A stretch of 64,000 nucleotides of DNA. Source: Nitrospinota bacterium. GTDB lineage: Bacteria > UBA8248. Positions within the stretch are counted from its first letter, which is position 1; each line of letters opens with the position of its first letter. The DNA is taken from positions 1 through 64,000 of the forward strand of contig JASLZZ010000077.1 in the NCBI GenBank assembly GCA_030754595.1, written 5' to 3'. This document shows, in pieces, positions 11,347 to 21,837 of this stretch. The translations under genes were made by a program, and so were the position numbers. The notes beneath the pieces are model-generated. The model searched no databases and had not been told where the DNA came from. It saw only the letters and a program-made list of their open reading frames with translations.

Positions 11347-12092
11347 TTGTTCTACGATCCCCCGATGAAATCAAGAAACTTCGGGCGAGCAACCGGATCG
11401 TGGCCTCCGTCATGGGCGAGATCAAAAAAGCGATCCATCCGGGAACGACGACGCTCGAACTGGACGAGATGGCGGAAAAGCTCGTGCTCGATATGGGCGG
11501 AACGCCGGCGTTTAAGGGATATAAGGGGTTTAAGCACACATTGTGCACTTCGGTGAACGAGCAGGTGGTTCACGGAATCCCCAATGAACGTAAGCTTCAA
11601 GAAGGCGACATTCTCAGCATTGATATCGGAGTCAAGCTGGACGGTTATTTCGGCGATCATGCGGTTACTGTGCCTGTGGGCAAAGTGAGCGAAGACGCCC
11701 AAAGACTCCTGAGATTTTGCGAGGAGGCGCTCTGGAAGGGAATCGAGAGGGCCAAGGCCGGCAACCGCCTTTTCGATGTCTCCAACGCGATTCAGGTCCA
11801 CGCCGAAGCGGCGGGTTTTTCCGTCGTAAAGGTGTATGTGGGACACGGAATCGGCACCAGCCTTCACGAAGAGCCGCAGGTGCCGAATTTCGGAGAGCCG
11901 GGAACGGGTCCCGAACTCAAGCCGGGGATGGTGATGGCGCTCGAGCCGATGTTGAATGTTGGCGTTGCCGATGTGAAGGTCCTCGATGATGCCTGGACGG
12001 TTGTGACGGCCGACGGAAAGCTGTCCGCTCATTTTGAGCATTCATTGGTGATTTCCGAAAACGGTCCCGAAATTTTGAGTTTAGCTGCATGA
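11343..12092 (+). CDS. map: Methionine aminopeptidase type I
   Basis: [35 protein letters not shown]. Confidence 0.98.
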   Translation: MIVLRSPDEIKKLRASNRIVASVMGEIKKAIHPGTTTLELDEMAEKLVLDMGGTPAFKGYKGFKHTLCTSVNEQVVHGIPNERKLQEGDILSIDIGVKLDGYFGDHAVTVPVGKVSEDAQRLLRFCEEALWKGIERAKAGNRLFDVSNAIQVHAEAAGFSVVKVYVGHGIGTSLHEEPQVPNFGEPGTGPELKPGMVMALEPMLNVGVADVKVLDDAWTVVTADGKLSAHFEHSLVISENGPEILSLAA

Positions 12093-12382
12093 GGAGGCCT
12101 CCTCTCCGGCGCGGACGGAAAAAGAGGAAGAAGAGGATATCACCGGAGGAGCGCGAGGAGCGCCAAACCAAGGAAGATTCGATCGAGGTCGACGGTGTTA
12201 TTGTCGAGACGTTGCCCAATGCGATGTTTCGAGTGGATATTGAAGGCGGCCACAATGTCTTGGCGCATATTTCGGGCAGAATGCGAAAACACTTCATCCG
12301 CATCCTGCCCGGCGATACCGTAAAAGTAGAGTTGTCGCCGTATGACCTGACTCGTGGGCGAATCACGAGCCGGTACAAATAA
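12089..12382 (+). CDS. infA: Translation initiation factor IF-1 with charged N-terminal extension
   Basis: [46 protein letters not shown]. Confidence 0.96.
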   Translation: MRRPPLRRGRKKRKKRISPEEREERQTKEDSIEVDGVIVETLPNAMFRVDIEGGHNVLAHISGRMRKHFIRILPGDTVKVELSPYDLTRGRITSRYK

Positions 12383-12401
12383 AGAAAGGTGGGCCTTCTC
12401 C

Positions 12402-12515
12402 ATGAAAGTCAGGAGCTCGGTCAAACCGATGTGTGACAAGTGCAAGGTGATCCGGCGCAAGGGAGTGGTGAGGGTCCTTTGCACCAATCCCAAGCATAAG
12501 CAGCGTCAGGGATAG
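12402..12515 (+). CDS. rpmJ: 50S ribosomal protein L36 (37 aa, absent from the ORF track)
   Basis: Read from the [40 protein letters not shown]. Confidence 0.98.
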   Translation: MKVRSSVKPMCDKCKVIRRKGVVRVLCTNPKHKQRQG

Positions 12516-12545
12516 CTCCGTAATGTCGCATGGAGGAGGGAGCGA

Positions 12546-12917
12546 ATGGCACGAATAGCCGGGGTCGATATCCCCAATGAGAAAAACGTAGAGATCTCCC
12601 TGACCCATATTTATGGGATCGGGCATTCCTCGGCGAGGAAAATCGCGGAGGAGGCGAAGGTCGGCGGCGTCGTCAAGGTGAAGGATTTGACGGAGCAGCA
12701 AGTCCAATCCCTTCGGGAAATCATCGAACGGTCCTACGCGGTCGAAGGCGATTTGCGCAGCCGGGTGACAATGAACATCAAGCGGTTGATGGATACCGGC
12801 TCGTACCGAGGCCTCAGGCACCGGCGGGGGCTTCCTGTGCGCGGTCAGCGAACACGCACCAATGCCCGCACAAGGAAAGGACCCAAGAGAACCGTGGGTT
12901 CGAAGAAGGGCAAGTAG
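12546..12917 (+). CDS. rpsM: 30S ribosomal protein S13 (uS13)
   Basis: [36 protein letters not shown]. Confidence 0.99.
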   Translation: MARIAGVDIPNEKNVEISLTHIYGIGHSSARKIAEEAKVGGVVKVKDLTEQQVQSLREIIERSYAVEGDLRSRVTMNIKRLMDTGSYRGLRHRRGLPVRGQRTRTNARTRKGPKRTVGSKKGK

Positions 12918-12947
12918 TATTCTAAAAGATCAATAGGAGGACGGAAG

Positions 12948-13349
12948 TTGGCGCAAGGCGGAAAAAGGCGGAGCGGCGGCAAGCGCCGGCGCGAGCGCCG
13001 GGCCATAGGGAAGGGTCAGGCCCACATCAAGTCCAGTTTTAACAACACCATGATTTCTATTTCAGATGCTTCCGGAAACGTGGTTTGTTGGTCCTCCTCG
13101 GGCGCCGAAGGTTTCAAGGGTTCCCGGAAAGGGACTCCTTTCGCCGCCCAGACGGCCGCCGCCGCGGTTGCGAAGAAAGCGCTGGATATGGGCGTAACGT
13201 CCGTGGATGTTTTCGTGAGCGGTCCGGGTGGCGGCAGAGAAGCCGCGATTCGCTCAATGTCGGCCTCGGGTCTGGAAATTTCGCTGATCCGGGACGTAAC
13301 GCCGACTCCGCACAATGGGTGCCGGCCGCGGAAGCGGCGCCGGGTCTAG
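12948..13349 (+). CDS. rpsK: 30S ribosomal protein S11 (uS11)
   Basis: [35 protein letters not shown]. Confidence 0.99.
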   Translation: MAQGGKRRSGGKRRRERRAIGKGQAHIKSSFNNTMISISDASGNVVCWSSSGAEGFKGSRKGTPFAAQTAAAAVAKKALDMGVTSVDVFVSGPGGGREAAIRSMSASGLEISLIRDVTPTPHNGCRPRKRRRV

Positions 13350-13380
13350 GGTGCATTCGATATAAGGGGGTAAGCTGGGT

Positions 13381-14013
13381 TTGGCTCGATATAAGGATTC
13401 CGTATGCCGCCTCTGCCGCCGGGCAGGGATGAAGCTCTTCCTCAAAGGGGATCGTTGCCTCGGCGATAAATGTTCGTTCGATAAGCGCAGCTTTCCTCCA
13501 GGTCAGCACGGCGCGGCTCGTACCCGCGGAAAGGTCAGCGAGTATGGGACGCAGTTGCGCGAAAAGCAGAAGGCGCGCTGGGTCTATGGTGTTCTTGAAA
13601 AACAATTCAGGATTTATTATGGAGACGCGGCCCGGAAAAAAGGAGTCAAGGGAGAAAATCTGTTCCGTGCCCTGGAGCTCCGCCTGGATAACGTGGTGTT
13701 TCGGTCCAGTTTCGCCGACTCGAGAACGCAGGCCCGTCAGCTGGTGGTGCATAATCACGTAACGGTGAACGGCAGGAAGGTGAACCGGCCTTCGTTCTCG
13801 GTTCGCAAGGGTGATGTGATTCAGATTAAGGAGAAGAGCAAGAAGATCGAAAATATTCTTCAGTGCGCCGAAAAAGGCAAAGCCAGGGGTTTGCCCGAAT
13901 GGCTCGATGTTGACCTCGCCGATCTTCAGACGCGGGTGGTCGAGTTGCCTACTCAGGTGGATATACAACTCAATATTGACGCCCAACAAATCGTAGAGCT
14001 CTACTCCAAGTAA
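13381..14013 (+). CDS. rpsD: 30S ribosomal protein S4 (uS4)
   Basis: CRLCRR...LFLKGDRC, SEYGTQLREKQK, LELRLDNVVFR, IVELYSK. Confidence 0.99.
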   Translation: MARYKDSVCRLCRRAGMKLFLKGDRCLGDKCSFDKRSFPPGQHGAARTRGKVSEYGTQLREKQKARWVYGVLEKQFRIYYGDAARKKGVKGENLFRALELRLDNVVFRSSFADSRTQARQLVVHNHVTVNGRKVNRPSFSVRKGDVIQIKEKSKKIENILQCAEKGKARGLPEWLDVDLADLQTRVVELPTQVDIQLNIDAQQIVELYSK

Positions 14014-14094
14014 CTCGCGCGGAACCTGCCGCGAGCCGGAAGGTGGCTATCGGGGGTTCGAGTGGCGAAGTCGCCCAATGGAGGGGCAGTTTTC

Positions 14095-15111
14095 ATGACT
14101 TTGTACGCGGATTTGGTAAAACCAGTCAGTCTCGAAACGGAAAAGGAAAGTTTGACCGGCACTTTCGGTCAATTCGTAGCTGAGCCGCTTGAGCGCGGCT
14201 ATGCGACCACGCTGGGAAATGCGCTCCGCCGGGTGATTTTGTCCTCGCTGAGGGGCGCCGCGTTCTCCGCGGTCCGAATCGAAGGGGTCTTTCATGAATT
14301 CTCCACGATTTCGGGGGTCCTGGAAGATGTAACGGACATCATTTTGAACCTGAAAGAGGTCGTCATCCGGATGGACTCAGCCGAGCCTGCCCGGGTTGCC
14401 TACCGGCACAGCGGTACGGCCGGGGAATTCAAGGCGGGCGATTTGGAATGTCCTCCGGGAATCGAGGTTCTGAATCCGGATGTTCATATCGCCACGATGA
14501 ACGAGGAAGCGAGCCTCGACATTGAGTTGATCGCTCGGGTCGGGAGGGGATATGTTCCGGCCGAGCGCAACGCCGAGGAGATGCAACTGGGTCCCCAGTT
14601 CATCCCGATGGATTCAGCCTATTCGCCGGTCCGGCGCTGTGCCTACAGGGTGGATAAGACCCGCGTGGGGGACGTGACCGACTACGACAAGCTCATTTTG
14701 GAGGTGGAGACGAACGGAACGATCGCCCCGGTTGACGCCGTGGCGCACGCGGCGAAAATCCTGAATGATAACCTCCGGATTTTCATTAATTTCGAGGAAG
14801 AGGAAGAGCCGGCTCCCGTGCAGGAGGTTGATGAGCGGCGCCAGAAGCTCGTCGAAAACCTTCGCCGTAGCGTTGAGGAGCTTGAGCTTTCCGTGCGGAG
14901 TTACAACTGTCTGAAAAACGCCCGCATCCGCACGCTCGCCGAATTAGTGCAGCGCTCCGAGGGCGAAATGCTCAAAACGCGGAATTTCGGGCGAAAGAGC
15001 TTGAACGAGATTCGGGATATTTTGATTACCATGGGCCTTACGTTCGGGATGGATTTTGTCCAGCTCAAGGTGACGTCTGAAGAACTCAGCCTGACCGGGG
15101 ATGAGGAATAG
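14095..15111 (+). CDS. rpoA: RNA polymerase subunit alpha
   Basis: [53 protein letters not shown] 14095 follows GGAGGGG (upstream GTG at 14062 possible). Confidence 0.99.
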   Translation: MTLYADLVKPVSLETEKESLTGTFGQFVAEPLERGYATTLGNALRRVILSSLRGAAFSAVRIEGVFHEFSTISGVLEDVTDIILNLKEVVIRMDSAEPARVAYRHSGTAGEFKAGDLECPPGIEVLNPDVHIATMNEEASLDIELIARVGRGYVPAERNAEEMQLGPQFIPMDSAYSPVRRCAYRVDKTRVGDVTDYDKLILEVETNGTIAPVDAVAHAAKILNDNLRIFINFEEEEEPAPVQEVDERRQKLVENLRRSVEELELSVRSYNCLKNARIRTLAELVQRSEGEMLKTRNFGRKSLNEIRDILITMGLTFGMDFVQLKVTSEELSLTGDEE

Positions 15112-15123
15112 GGAGAAGGTGGG

Positions 15124-15546
15124 ATGAGGCACCGGTGGACTGGTAGAAAACTGGGGCGTCGCTCCAAGCATCGCAGGGCCATGACCCGGAACATGATCAC
15201 GTCCTTGATCGACGAGGAGCGGCTGAGAACCACCTTGGCAAAGGCCAAGGAAGTCCGCCGCCATGTCGAGCGCGTCATCACACTGGGAAAAAGAGGAACC
15301 CTTCATGCGCGGCGCCAGGCGGCCGCCGTCCTTCGCACCCCGGCTTCCGTCCAAAAGCTGATGGACACGATAGGGCCTCGCTACGCTGATCGGCCCGGCG
15401 GGTATACGCGGATCATTCAGATGCCCCCGCGCCCGGGGGATGCCGCCCCGATGGCCATCCTGGAGCTCGTCGATCGAGATACCAGCCGGGAGGAGGCCCG
15501 CGACGAAAAGCGGCGGCTAAAGCGCGAGGCCCAGGGAGAGTCCTAG
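15124..15546 (+). CDS. rplQ: 50S ribosomal protein L17 (bL17)
   Basis: MRHR...[32 protein letters not shown]. Confidence 0.99.
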   Translation: MRHRWTGRKLGRRSKHRRAMTRNMITSLIDEERLRTTLAKAKEVRRHVERVITLGKRGTLHARRQAAAVLRTPASVQKLMDTIGPRYADRPGGYTRIIQMPPRPGDAAPMAILELVDRDTSREEARDEKRRLKREAQGES

Positions 15547-15570
15547 ACGCATCAAGAGGGAAGCGATACA

Positions 15571-15610
15571 AATGCGGGGGAGCCGCTAGGTGGCTCTCCC
15601 GTATTTTTTG
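15571..15610 (+). terminator. Rho-independent terminator of the ribosomal superoperon
   Basis: Stem AATGCGGGGGAGCC / GGCTCTCCCGTATT followed by a T run, about 25 nt after the rplQ stop. Confidence 0.85.
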
Positions 15611-15663
15611 CGCCGGGGAGGGCGGGGATCCGGGAAATTCACCTGTATTCCGATTGAGGGGCC

Positions 15664-16092
15664 ATGTCAGCGGAAAGAGGAAGACCGGACGCGAATTCGT
15701 GCTTTGTTTGCGGGACGGACAACACGATTGGCCTGAAAATTAATTTTCGACTCGAGGGGGAGGTTTGCCGGGCGGAGTTTACGCCGGAGTCCGCCCACCA
15801 GGGCTACGACGGCGTCACCCACGGTGGAATTCTCTACAGCCTCCTCGACGATGTCATGGCGAACTGCCTCTTTCTCCGTGGAATCCGGGCCTACACCGCG
15901 AAATGCCAGATTCGCTACCGCGATCCCGTGCCGGTGGGAACGCCGCTGCGCGTGGAGGGTCGCCAGATAAAAGAAAAGGGTGGGTTCGCGATTCTCGAAG
16001 GGCGGGTCATGCGGGCCGCCGACGGGGCTGTCGTGGCCGAGGCGGAAAGTACATTCCTCCTACTGGGAATCAACGAAGGAGCGCCATCATGA
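15664..16092 (+). CDS. PaaI-family hotdog thioesterase
   Basis: CFVCG..N..GL, HQGYDGVTHGGILYSLLDDVM, IRYRDPVP motifs. Confidence 0.88.
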   Translation: MSAERGRPDANSCFVCGTDNTIGLKINFRLEGEVCRAEFTPESAHQGYDGVTHGGILYSLLDDVMANCLFLRGIRAYTAKCQIRYRDPVPVGTPLRVEGRQIKEKGGFAILEGRVMRAADGAVVAEAESTFLLLGINEGAPS

Positions 16093-17201
16093 TCGTGGGT
16101 GTACCGAAGGAAATCAAAAAAGACGAATACCGCATCGCGCTCGCGCCCCCCCCCCGCCGAGGCCCTTACGGCCGCCGGCCATTCCGTTCTGATCCAAAAG
16201 GGTGCGGGTCAGGGCGCCGGCATCGAGGACCACGCGTACACCGATGTCGGCGCGAAAATTGTCCCCGGAGCGGACGCCCCTTGGCGACGGAGCGAAATGA
16301 TCGTCAAAGTGAAGGAGCCCCTTCGGCCCGAATTCGACAAAATGTGCGAGGGCCAGATAATTTTCACGTTCCTCCACCTCGCCGCCGCAAAACCGCTTGC
16401 CCGTGCCCTGATGCGGAAGCGGGTCCAGGCGGTGGCCTTCGAGACCGTCCGGACGGCGAACGGCGCTCTTCCGCTGCTGCAGCCCATGAGCGAAATAGCG
16501 GACCGCATGGCCGTTCAGGAGGGGGCGCGTTTCCTCGAAAAACCATGGGCGGGCGCGGCGTCCTGCTCGCCGGAGCGCCTGGCGTTCCCCGGGGAAACGT
16601 CGTGATACTCGAGGCGGGGATGGTCGGAAAAAACGCGGCCAAGATAGCTGTCGGCCTCGGGGCCGGGGTCACCGTCCTCGATATCGACCACAACCGGCTT
16701 CAGTACCTCGACGACATCTTCGGCGGGCGGGTGAAGACCATCGCCTCGACGCGCTTTACCATCCGCGAGGCCGTTAAGAAGGCCGACCTCGTCGTGGGTG
16801 CGGTTCTGGTGCCGGGCGCTCGGGCCCCGAACCTCGTTCCCCGCGGCCTTGTCGGGAGGATGCTCCCCGGCTCGGTTATTGTGGACGTGGCGGTGGACCA
16901 GGGTGGTTGTGTCGAGACCAACAAGCCGACCTATCACTCGAAGCCCACCTATGTGGTGGACGGTGTTATCCACTATGGCGTGGCAAACATGCCCGGGGGC
17001 GTGCCGCGGACGAGCACGTTCGCCCTCTCGAGCGCGATTCTCCCGTATGTCGTCGAACTGGCCGGGATGGGAGTGAAAGAGGCGGTTTGCGCACATCCAG
17101 AGCTGGCCGAGGGCGTCAACGTCGCCGCCGGGCGGATCACTCATCCCGCCGTCGCCGAAGCCATCGGAGTAAAGCCCACGCCTCTGAGCGAAGTGTTGTA
17201 A
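16089..17201 (+). pseudogene. ald: Alanine dehydrogenase with two compensating frameshifts
   Basis: MIVGVPKEIK..EYRIAL start; middle ([24 protein letters not shown]) lies in the +1 frame; C-terminus (VDVAVDQGGC, HYGVANMPG.VPRTST) is back in the start frame; shifts at C10 16146-16155 and near 16544. Confidence 0.9.
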
Positions 17202-17278
17202 GAAGAAACCTTATAATTCTTGATAGGACGGGAATTGTGAAATCGAGGTTATAAACCGTTGTTGGGCGAAAAATTATC

Positions 17279-18072
17279 TCAGTCTTTCCTTCCCGTCAGG
17301 ATCACCCGCTTTCTCGTGAAGTGCATTTCATCCCCCTCACCTTCGACATCCCACCAACTGCCGCCGGAGCCCCGGAGCCACTCCATATCACCGAGGATTC
17401 GGGAATAGTCTCCGGGGGCCGGGTTCGTCCCCTTCATCCAGTCGGCGAACCGCGTCCGAGAGGTGGAAGTCATGGGGTCGAGGAGCATGAGCCCGGACGA
17501 TTCGTACATGGCGCGAAACTCGCTCAGCGCCAGGGTGCGAACATGAGAGGGTACGCGAAGGAATTCAACCCGGTTGAGGATTTCCCTCTCGGCCTCGTCC
17601 TCGGGATCGAAAAATAGATTACGAAGACATGCCCCCCAGGCCGGACTGTCCACGCCATTTCAGTGAAAACCGCACGCGGATCCGCGAAGTGATGAAATAC
17701 ATTCCGGGAAACGGCGGCGTCCGCTGCTTCGCAGCCGATGGGCGCCCGCTCGGCGGGGGCGATCGTGTAGAGGGCCCGCGCCGCGAATCCCTCTTCGGCT
17801 AGGCGCTTAGCCCCCTTTTGCGCCATGGCGGGAGTGAGTTCGACACCGAACACCCGGCCGCCCGCCTTCAGGAACGGCAACGCCGCGTTTCCGGTTCCGA
17901 TTCCCATATCCACGGCGACATGGCCGGGGCCAAAACCCGAATCGTGGACGGCCCGCTCGAACTGGGCCGACTCTTTTTCCTTGACTTTTCGATCGAACTG
18001 GCCCGCCCGGCGGGTGAAGTCGTCCAGGTTGCGGCGGGCGGCGCCCCCCGATCCGGAGACGGGGGAGGTTAT
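17279..18072 (-). pseudogene. Class I SAM-dependent methyltransferase, frameshifted, start codon apparently ATA
   Basis: VDMGIGTG motif I and HHFADP...VRPGG in one frame; FDPEDEAERE..PSHVR continues in another frame across the A5 run at 17610-17614. Confidence 0.75.
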
Positions 18073-18764
18073 TGGGATATTTCCTGGCTGTCGGGCATAT
18101 TGCGGATGAGGCTGAGAACGAACTGCCTCTGTTTTTCCAGGTGATCGGTGATGAGTTTTTCGGCTTCCTGCTCCTTGCCGCCGAGAATGGCCCTCAGGAT
18201 TTCTTCGTGTTCTGTCATCGAGCCTTCCAGGCGTCCCGGATACCGAAGCGTGATCACGCGGGTTTTGAGAATCTGCCGGCGAAGGTTTTCGATGAGGTCA
18301 CTTAGCCGATCGTTGCCCGAGGTCTTGGCGATGGATTGATGAAAATTCCGGTTCGAGGCCCAGTAGGCGTCCACCTCGCCCAACTCGCTTTTCTTTTTCA
18401 TGTCTTCGAACAGGGCAAGAAGATTTTCTTTTTCTTCCCCGCTTTTCAGGCGGGGTGTTGCCAGCCGGGTGGCCAGCCCTTCGAGGACGCTGGTAATGGA
18501 ATACAGATCCAGCACTTCTTCCTCGCTAATGGTGCTGACGTAGGAGCCTTTGTGAGGGATAACCGTGATGTAGCCTTCAGCGGCGAGTTCCCGGAACGCT
18601 TCCCGGAGGGGAGTCCGGCTTACGCCGAGAGACTGCGTAAGTTCGGCTTCCACCAGTTTATCCCCGGGCCGGAGGGCCCCCTTGAGAATCGCGTCCATGA
18701 TCTCATCGGCAACCATTCGGCTGAGCGATTTGGGCCTGTCGATGTGTAAATTTCGAATAGCCAT
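18069..18764 (-). CDS. GntR-family transcriptional regulator (FCD domain)
   Basis: GALRPGDKLVEAELTQSLGVSRTPLREAF wHTH; NRNFHQSI and EHEEIL FCD motifs. Confidence 0.93.
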   Translation of the reverse strand: MAIRNLHIDRPKSLSRMVADEIMDAILKGALRPGDKLVEAELTQSLGVSRTPLREAFRELAAEGYITVIPHKGSYVSTISEEEVLDLYSITSVLEGLATRLATPRLKSGEEKENLLALFEDMKKKSELGEVDAYWASNRNFHQSIAKTSGNDRLSDLIENLRRQILKTRVITLRYPGRLEGSMTEHEEILRAILGGKEQEAEKLITDHLEKQRQFVLSLIRNMPDSQEISQ

Positions 18765-18771
18765 GGCACCC

Positions 18772-19968
18772 TCAGATTACACCATCATCCCTTAGGACCT
18801 GGCGCGCCGGTGCGTCTAGCCCGAGTAGAGATTCCAGCAATTCCTCAGTATGTTGGCCAAGCGAAGGCGGTGGAGTTTCGACAGCCCCGGGCGTTTCGGA
18901 GAGTTTGATGGGGACTCCGGTGAGCCTGGTGGGTCCCGCTTCGGGTACGTCCATGTCAACGACCATATCCCGGACGAGCACCTGGGGTTCGTCAAACACC
19001 TGGGAGATATCGTTGATCGGGCCGCATGGGATCCCCGCGCTCTTCAAGAGCTCCAGCGTGGGGGCCACCTTCCGGGCGGCGAAGAATTCGTCCAGCAATT
19101 CCTGGAGCGCTTTGCGGTTTTTCACCCGGTCGGAGTTGACAGCAAATCTCGGGTCGTCCTTCAGATCGCCCAGTTCCACGGAGTCGCAAAAACGCTGCCA
19201 CAGGCTGTCGTTGCCCACGCCCAGGTTCAGGTGCCCGTCCGCGCACTGATAGGTCTCGTACGGCGTTATCGAGGGGTGTTTGTTCCCCCGGCGGGGGGGG
19301 ATGGCTCCTGTGGCGAAAAATGAATTCGCATGATAGGTGAGCAGGGCCACCTGGCCGTCCAGCATACTGATGTCCACTTTTTGTCCCTTGCCCGTTTTCT
19401 CGCGGTGATAAAGGGCCAGGATGGTTCCCTGGGCCGCCAGCATTCCCGCCACGATATCGGCGACCGAGGCGCCTATCTTGGTCGGCGGGCCGTCCGGCTC
19501 GCCCGTGATGCTCATTAGCCCGCCTTCTCCCTGTATCACGACGTCAAACCCCGGCTCGCTGGCGCGTGGGCCTGTATGCCCGAATCCAGAGACCGATGTC
19601 AGGATAGCCCTCGGGTTGATGCGCTGGATCTCCTCCCAAGGGAAACCGAGTTTGTCGAGCGTGCCTGGCCGGAAGTTCTCGGCCACGACATCGCTCCGGC
19701 GGATCAGATCGGTGAGAATTTCCTTTCCTTTTCCGTGTTTGAGATTGAGCGTGAAGCTTTTCTTGTTACGGTTGATGGAGATGTAGTAAGTGCTCACCCC
19801 GTTCAGGAACGGCGGGCCCCATCCCCGGGTGTCGTCCCCGCCTTTTGGATTTTCGACCTTGATGATGTCGGCGCCCATGTCCCCCAGCATCATCGTGCAA
19901 TAGGGTCCGGAAAGTATTCGGGTGAGGTCGAGAACGCGGACCCCCTGGAGCGGACCAGCCATTTTCAT
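18772..19968 (-). CDS. CaiB/BaiF family III CoA-transferase
   Basis: PLQGVRVLDLTRILSGP, GADIIKVE, NRNKKS, ENFRPG, GFDVVIQG. Confidence 0.95.
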   Translation of the reverse strand: MKMAGPLQGVRVLDLTRILSGPYCTMMLGDMGADIIKVENPKGGDDTRGWGPPFLNGVSTYYISINRNKKSFTLNLKHGKGKEILTDLIRRSDVVAENFRPGTLDKLGFPWEEIQRINPRAILTSVSGFGHTGPRASEPGFDVVIQGEGGLMSITGEPDGPPTKIGASVADIVAGMLAAQGTILALYHREKTGKGQKVDISMLDGQVALLTYHANSFFATGAIPPRRGNKHPSITPYETYQCADGHLNLGVGNDSLWQRFCDSVELGDLKDDPRFAVNSDRVKNRKALQELLDEFFAARKVAPTLELLKSAGIPCGPINDISQVFDEPQVLVRDMVVDMDVPEAGPTRLTGVPIKLSETPGAVETPPPSLGQHTEELLESLLGLDAPARQVLRDDGVI

Positions 19969-19977
19969 TTACCTCCA

Positions 19978-21102
19978 CTAAGGCTTAACCAGCGATATCA
20001 GCACGCCGGCGGCAATAGCCGAACCGATTACCCCGGCCACGTTGGGCCCCATCGCGTGCATCAGCAAGAAATTTTGCGGATTTTCATCGGCTCCCACTTT
20101 CTGGACAACCCGCGCCGCCATCGGAACCGCGCTCACCCCGGCCGCGCCGATGAGCGGGTTAATCGGAGTTTCGCTGATGGCCGCCATCGCCTTTCCGAAG
20201 AGAACCCCGGTAGCCGTTCCGATGCTGAAGGCGATTAAGCCGAGCACGAGAATTCCAATCGTTTCCCATTTCAGGAAAGTCTGCGCTGTCATCGAGGCGC
20301 CGACGGCGACTCCTAAAAAGATGGTGACGGTATTGAGCAGGGCGTTTTCAGATGTGTCGAGAAGGCGGGAAACCGCCCCGGATTCGCGGAACAAATTGCC
20401 GAGCATGAGCATCCCGATAAGCGGCACCGCCGAAGGAAGGAGCAGGCCACACAGCAGGGTGGAAACGATGGGAAAAAGAATCCGGACCGGTTTCGGTATT
20501 TCCTTGAGTTGAACCATGACGCGTTTGCGCTCTTCGACACTCGTAAGGGCGCGCATGATCGGCGGCTGAATGATGGGCACAAGCGCCATATAACTGTAGG
20601 CCGCGACGGCAATGGGTCCCAGGAGTTCGGGCGCGAGCTTGGAGGCCGTGTAAATCGCCGTTGGGCCGTCTGCTCCGCCGATGATTCCGATGGCGCTCGC
20701 CTGGGGAAGGTTAAAGCCCAGGAAAATGCTTCCGATGAGTGTCGCGAAAATTCCGAACTGGGCGGCCGCGCCCAGGAGAATGGTTTTGGGGTTCGCCAGG
20801 AGGGGCCCGAAATCGGTCAAGGCGCCGACCCCCATGAAAATAAGAGGGGGGAAAATTCCTTCCTTGATGCCGAAGTAGAAGTAGTTGATCAGCCCGCCTT
20901 TCTCGAAAATGCCCGTCGCCGGGAGGTTGGAGAGAAGGAGGCCGAATCCGATGGGGAGGAGCAGAAGCGGCTCGAAACCTTTTTTAATCGCCAGGTATAG
21001 GAGAAGGCACGCGATTGTGAGCATCAAGAGGTCGCCGCCGGATATCTGGGCGAACCCCGTCGCCTGGATGAAGGATTGAATGGCTCCGGTGAGGCCCGTC
21101 AT
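19978..21102 (-). CDS. mmdB: Na+-translocating decarboxylase beta subunit (OadB/MmdB family)
   Basis: [64 protein letters not shown]. Confidence 0.95.
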   Translation of the reverse strand: MTGLTGAIQSFIQATGFAQISGGDLLMLTIACLLLYLAIKKGFEPLLLLPIGFGLLLSNLPATGIFEKGGLINYFYFGIKEGIFPPLIFMGVGALTDFGPLLANPKTILLGAAAQFGIFATLIGSIFLGFNLPQASAIGIIGGADGPTAIYTASKLAPELLGPIAVAAYSYMALVPIIQPPIMRALTSVEERKRVMVQLKEIPKPVRILFPIVSTLLCGLLLPSAVPLIGMLMLGNLFRESGAVSRLLDTSENALLNTVTIFLGVAVGASMTAQTFLKWETIGILVLGLIAFSIGTATGVLFGKAMAAISETPINPLIGAAGVSAVPMAARVVQKVGADENPQNFLLMHAMGPNVAGVIGSAIAAGVLISLVKP

Positions 21103-21509
21103 GCGATTTCCACCATCGGTTGCCCGGCTGTCACTTTGTCGCCTTTGCTGACATGAACGGCTTTAACGGTTCCGCTCACCTCGGCGGTAATAACACTTTC
21201 CATTTTCATCGCCTCGAGGACGAGCAACTTATCGCCGGTGTTCACCGAATCTCCCACGGAGACATCGACGGAAAGAACGGTCCCCGGAATTTGCGCGAGG
21301 ACGCTCCCTCCTCCTCCGGAGCCGGCCGAAGGCAGAAGCGGGGCCGCGGGTCGCGGGCCGGCTGTGGGCCGCGGAGCTTCCTCTTCTTCAATTTCGACCG
21401 AGTGCGCATCTCCGTCCACCGTGATGCTGAGGCGAGCCGGGTCCGACGCGTCCCGATCGGCGGTAATTTCATAGCTCTTTCCGCCGATGGTAATTTTGAA
21501 TTTTTTCAA
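21099..21509 (-). CDS. mmdC: Biotin carrier subunit of the decarboxylase
   Basis: LEAMKMES biotinylation motif after a Pro/Ala/Gly linker. Confidence 0.9.
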   Translation of the reverse strand: MKKFKITIGGKSYEITADRDASDPARLSITVDGDAHSVEIEEEEAPRPTAGPRPAAPLLPSAGSGGGGSVLAQIPGTVLSVDVSVGDSVNTGDKLLVLEAMKMESVITAEVSGTVKAVHVSKGDKVTAGQPMVEIA

Positions 21510-21823
21510 CCCCGCCTCCTCGAAAACACTCTCCCTGAACGGGCGCTGCGGGCCCAGCCGGTGGCGCCGCCCCTCCTTACTTCTGGTATGAATACGTCGG
21601 CCCCCTCGGTTTCGATGAAATATCCTGCCGCGGCGGCAAGGACGAGCGGGAGATCGCCCCCCCCCTCGGCCAGGCCAGGAATCGCTGCTGGAGCCTCCTC
21701 GGCAGGATTCTCCGAAAAGAACCGGTTCAGGATGCGAATGACGTACATCAACGCGATGAGGGAGAAAAAGACCACCCCCATCCCGAGGATCGTTAATTCA
21801 ATCGCGTTACGGATCAGTGGCAA
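21506..21823 (-). CDS. mmdD: Membrane-anchor subunit of the decarboxylase (OadG/MmdD family)
   Basis: N-terminal TM LTILGMGVVFFSLIAL, Ala-rich segment, C-terminal W..S.R; lies between the alpha and biotin subunits. Confidence 0.8.
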   Translation of the reverse strand: MPLIRNAIELTILGMGVVFFSLIALMYVIRILNRFFSENPAEEAPAAIPGLAEGGGDLPLVLAAAAGYFIETEGADVFIPEVRRGGATGWARSARSGRVFSRRRG

Positions 21824-21837
21824 ACCGCGGTCCTCTT

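Noticed and set aside
15765..16088. N-terminal 108 codons of the 478-aa ORF 15765-17201
   Set aside because: Alternate-frame overlap with the thioesterase; the real ald start is the ATG at 16089
16146..16155. C10 tract as a functional phase-variation switch for ald
   Set aside because: Correcting the tract alone leads to a stop at 16603-16605 because of the second frameshift, so no ON state exists in this sequence
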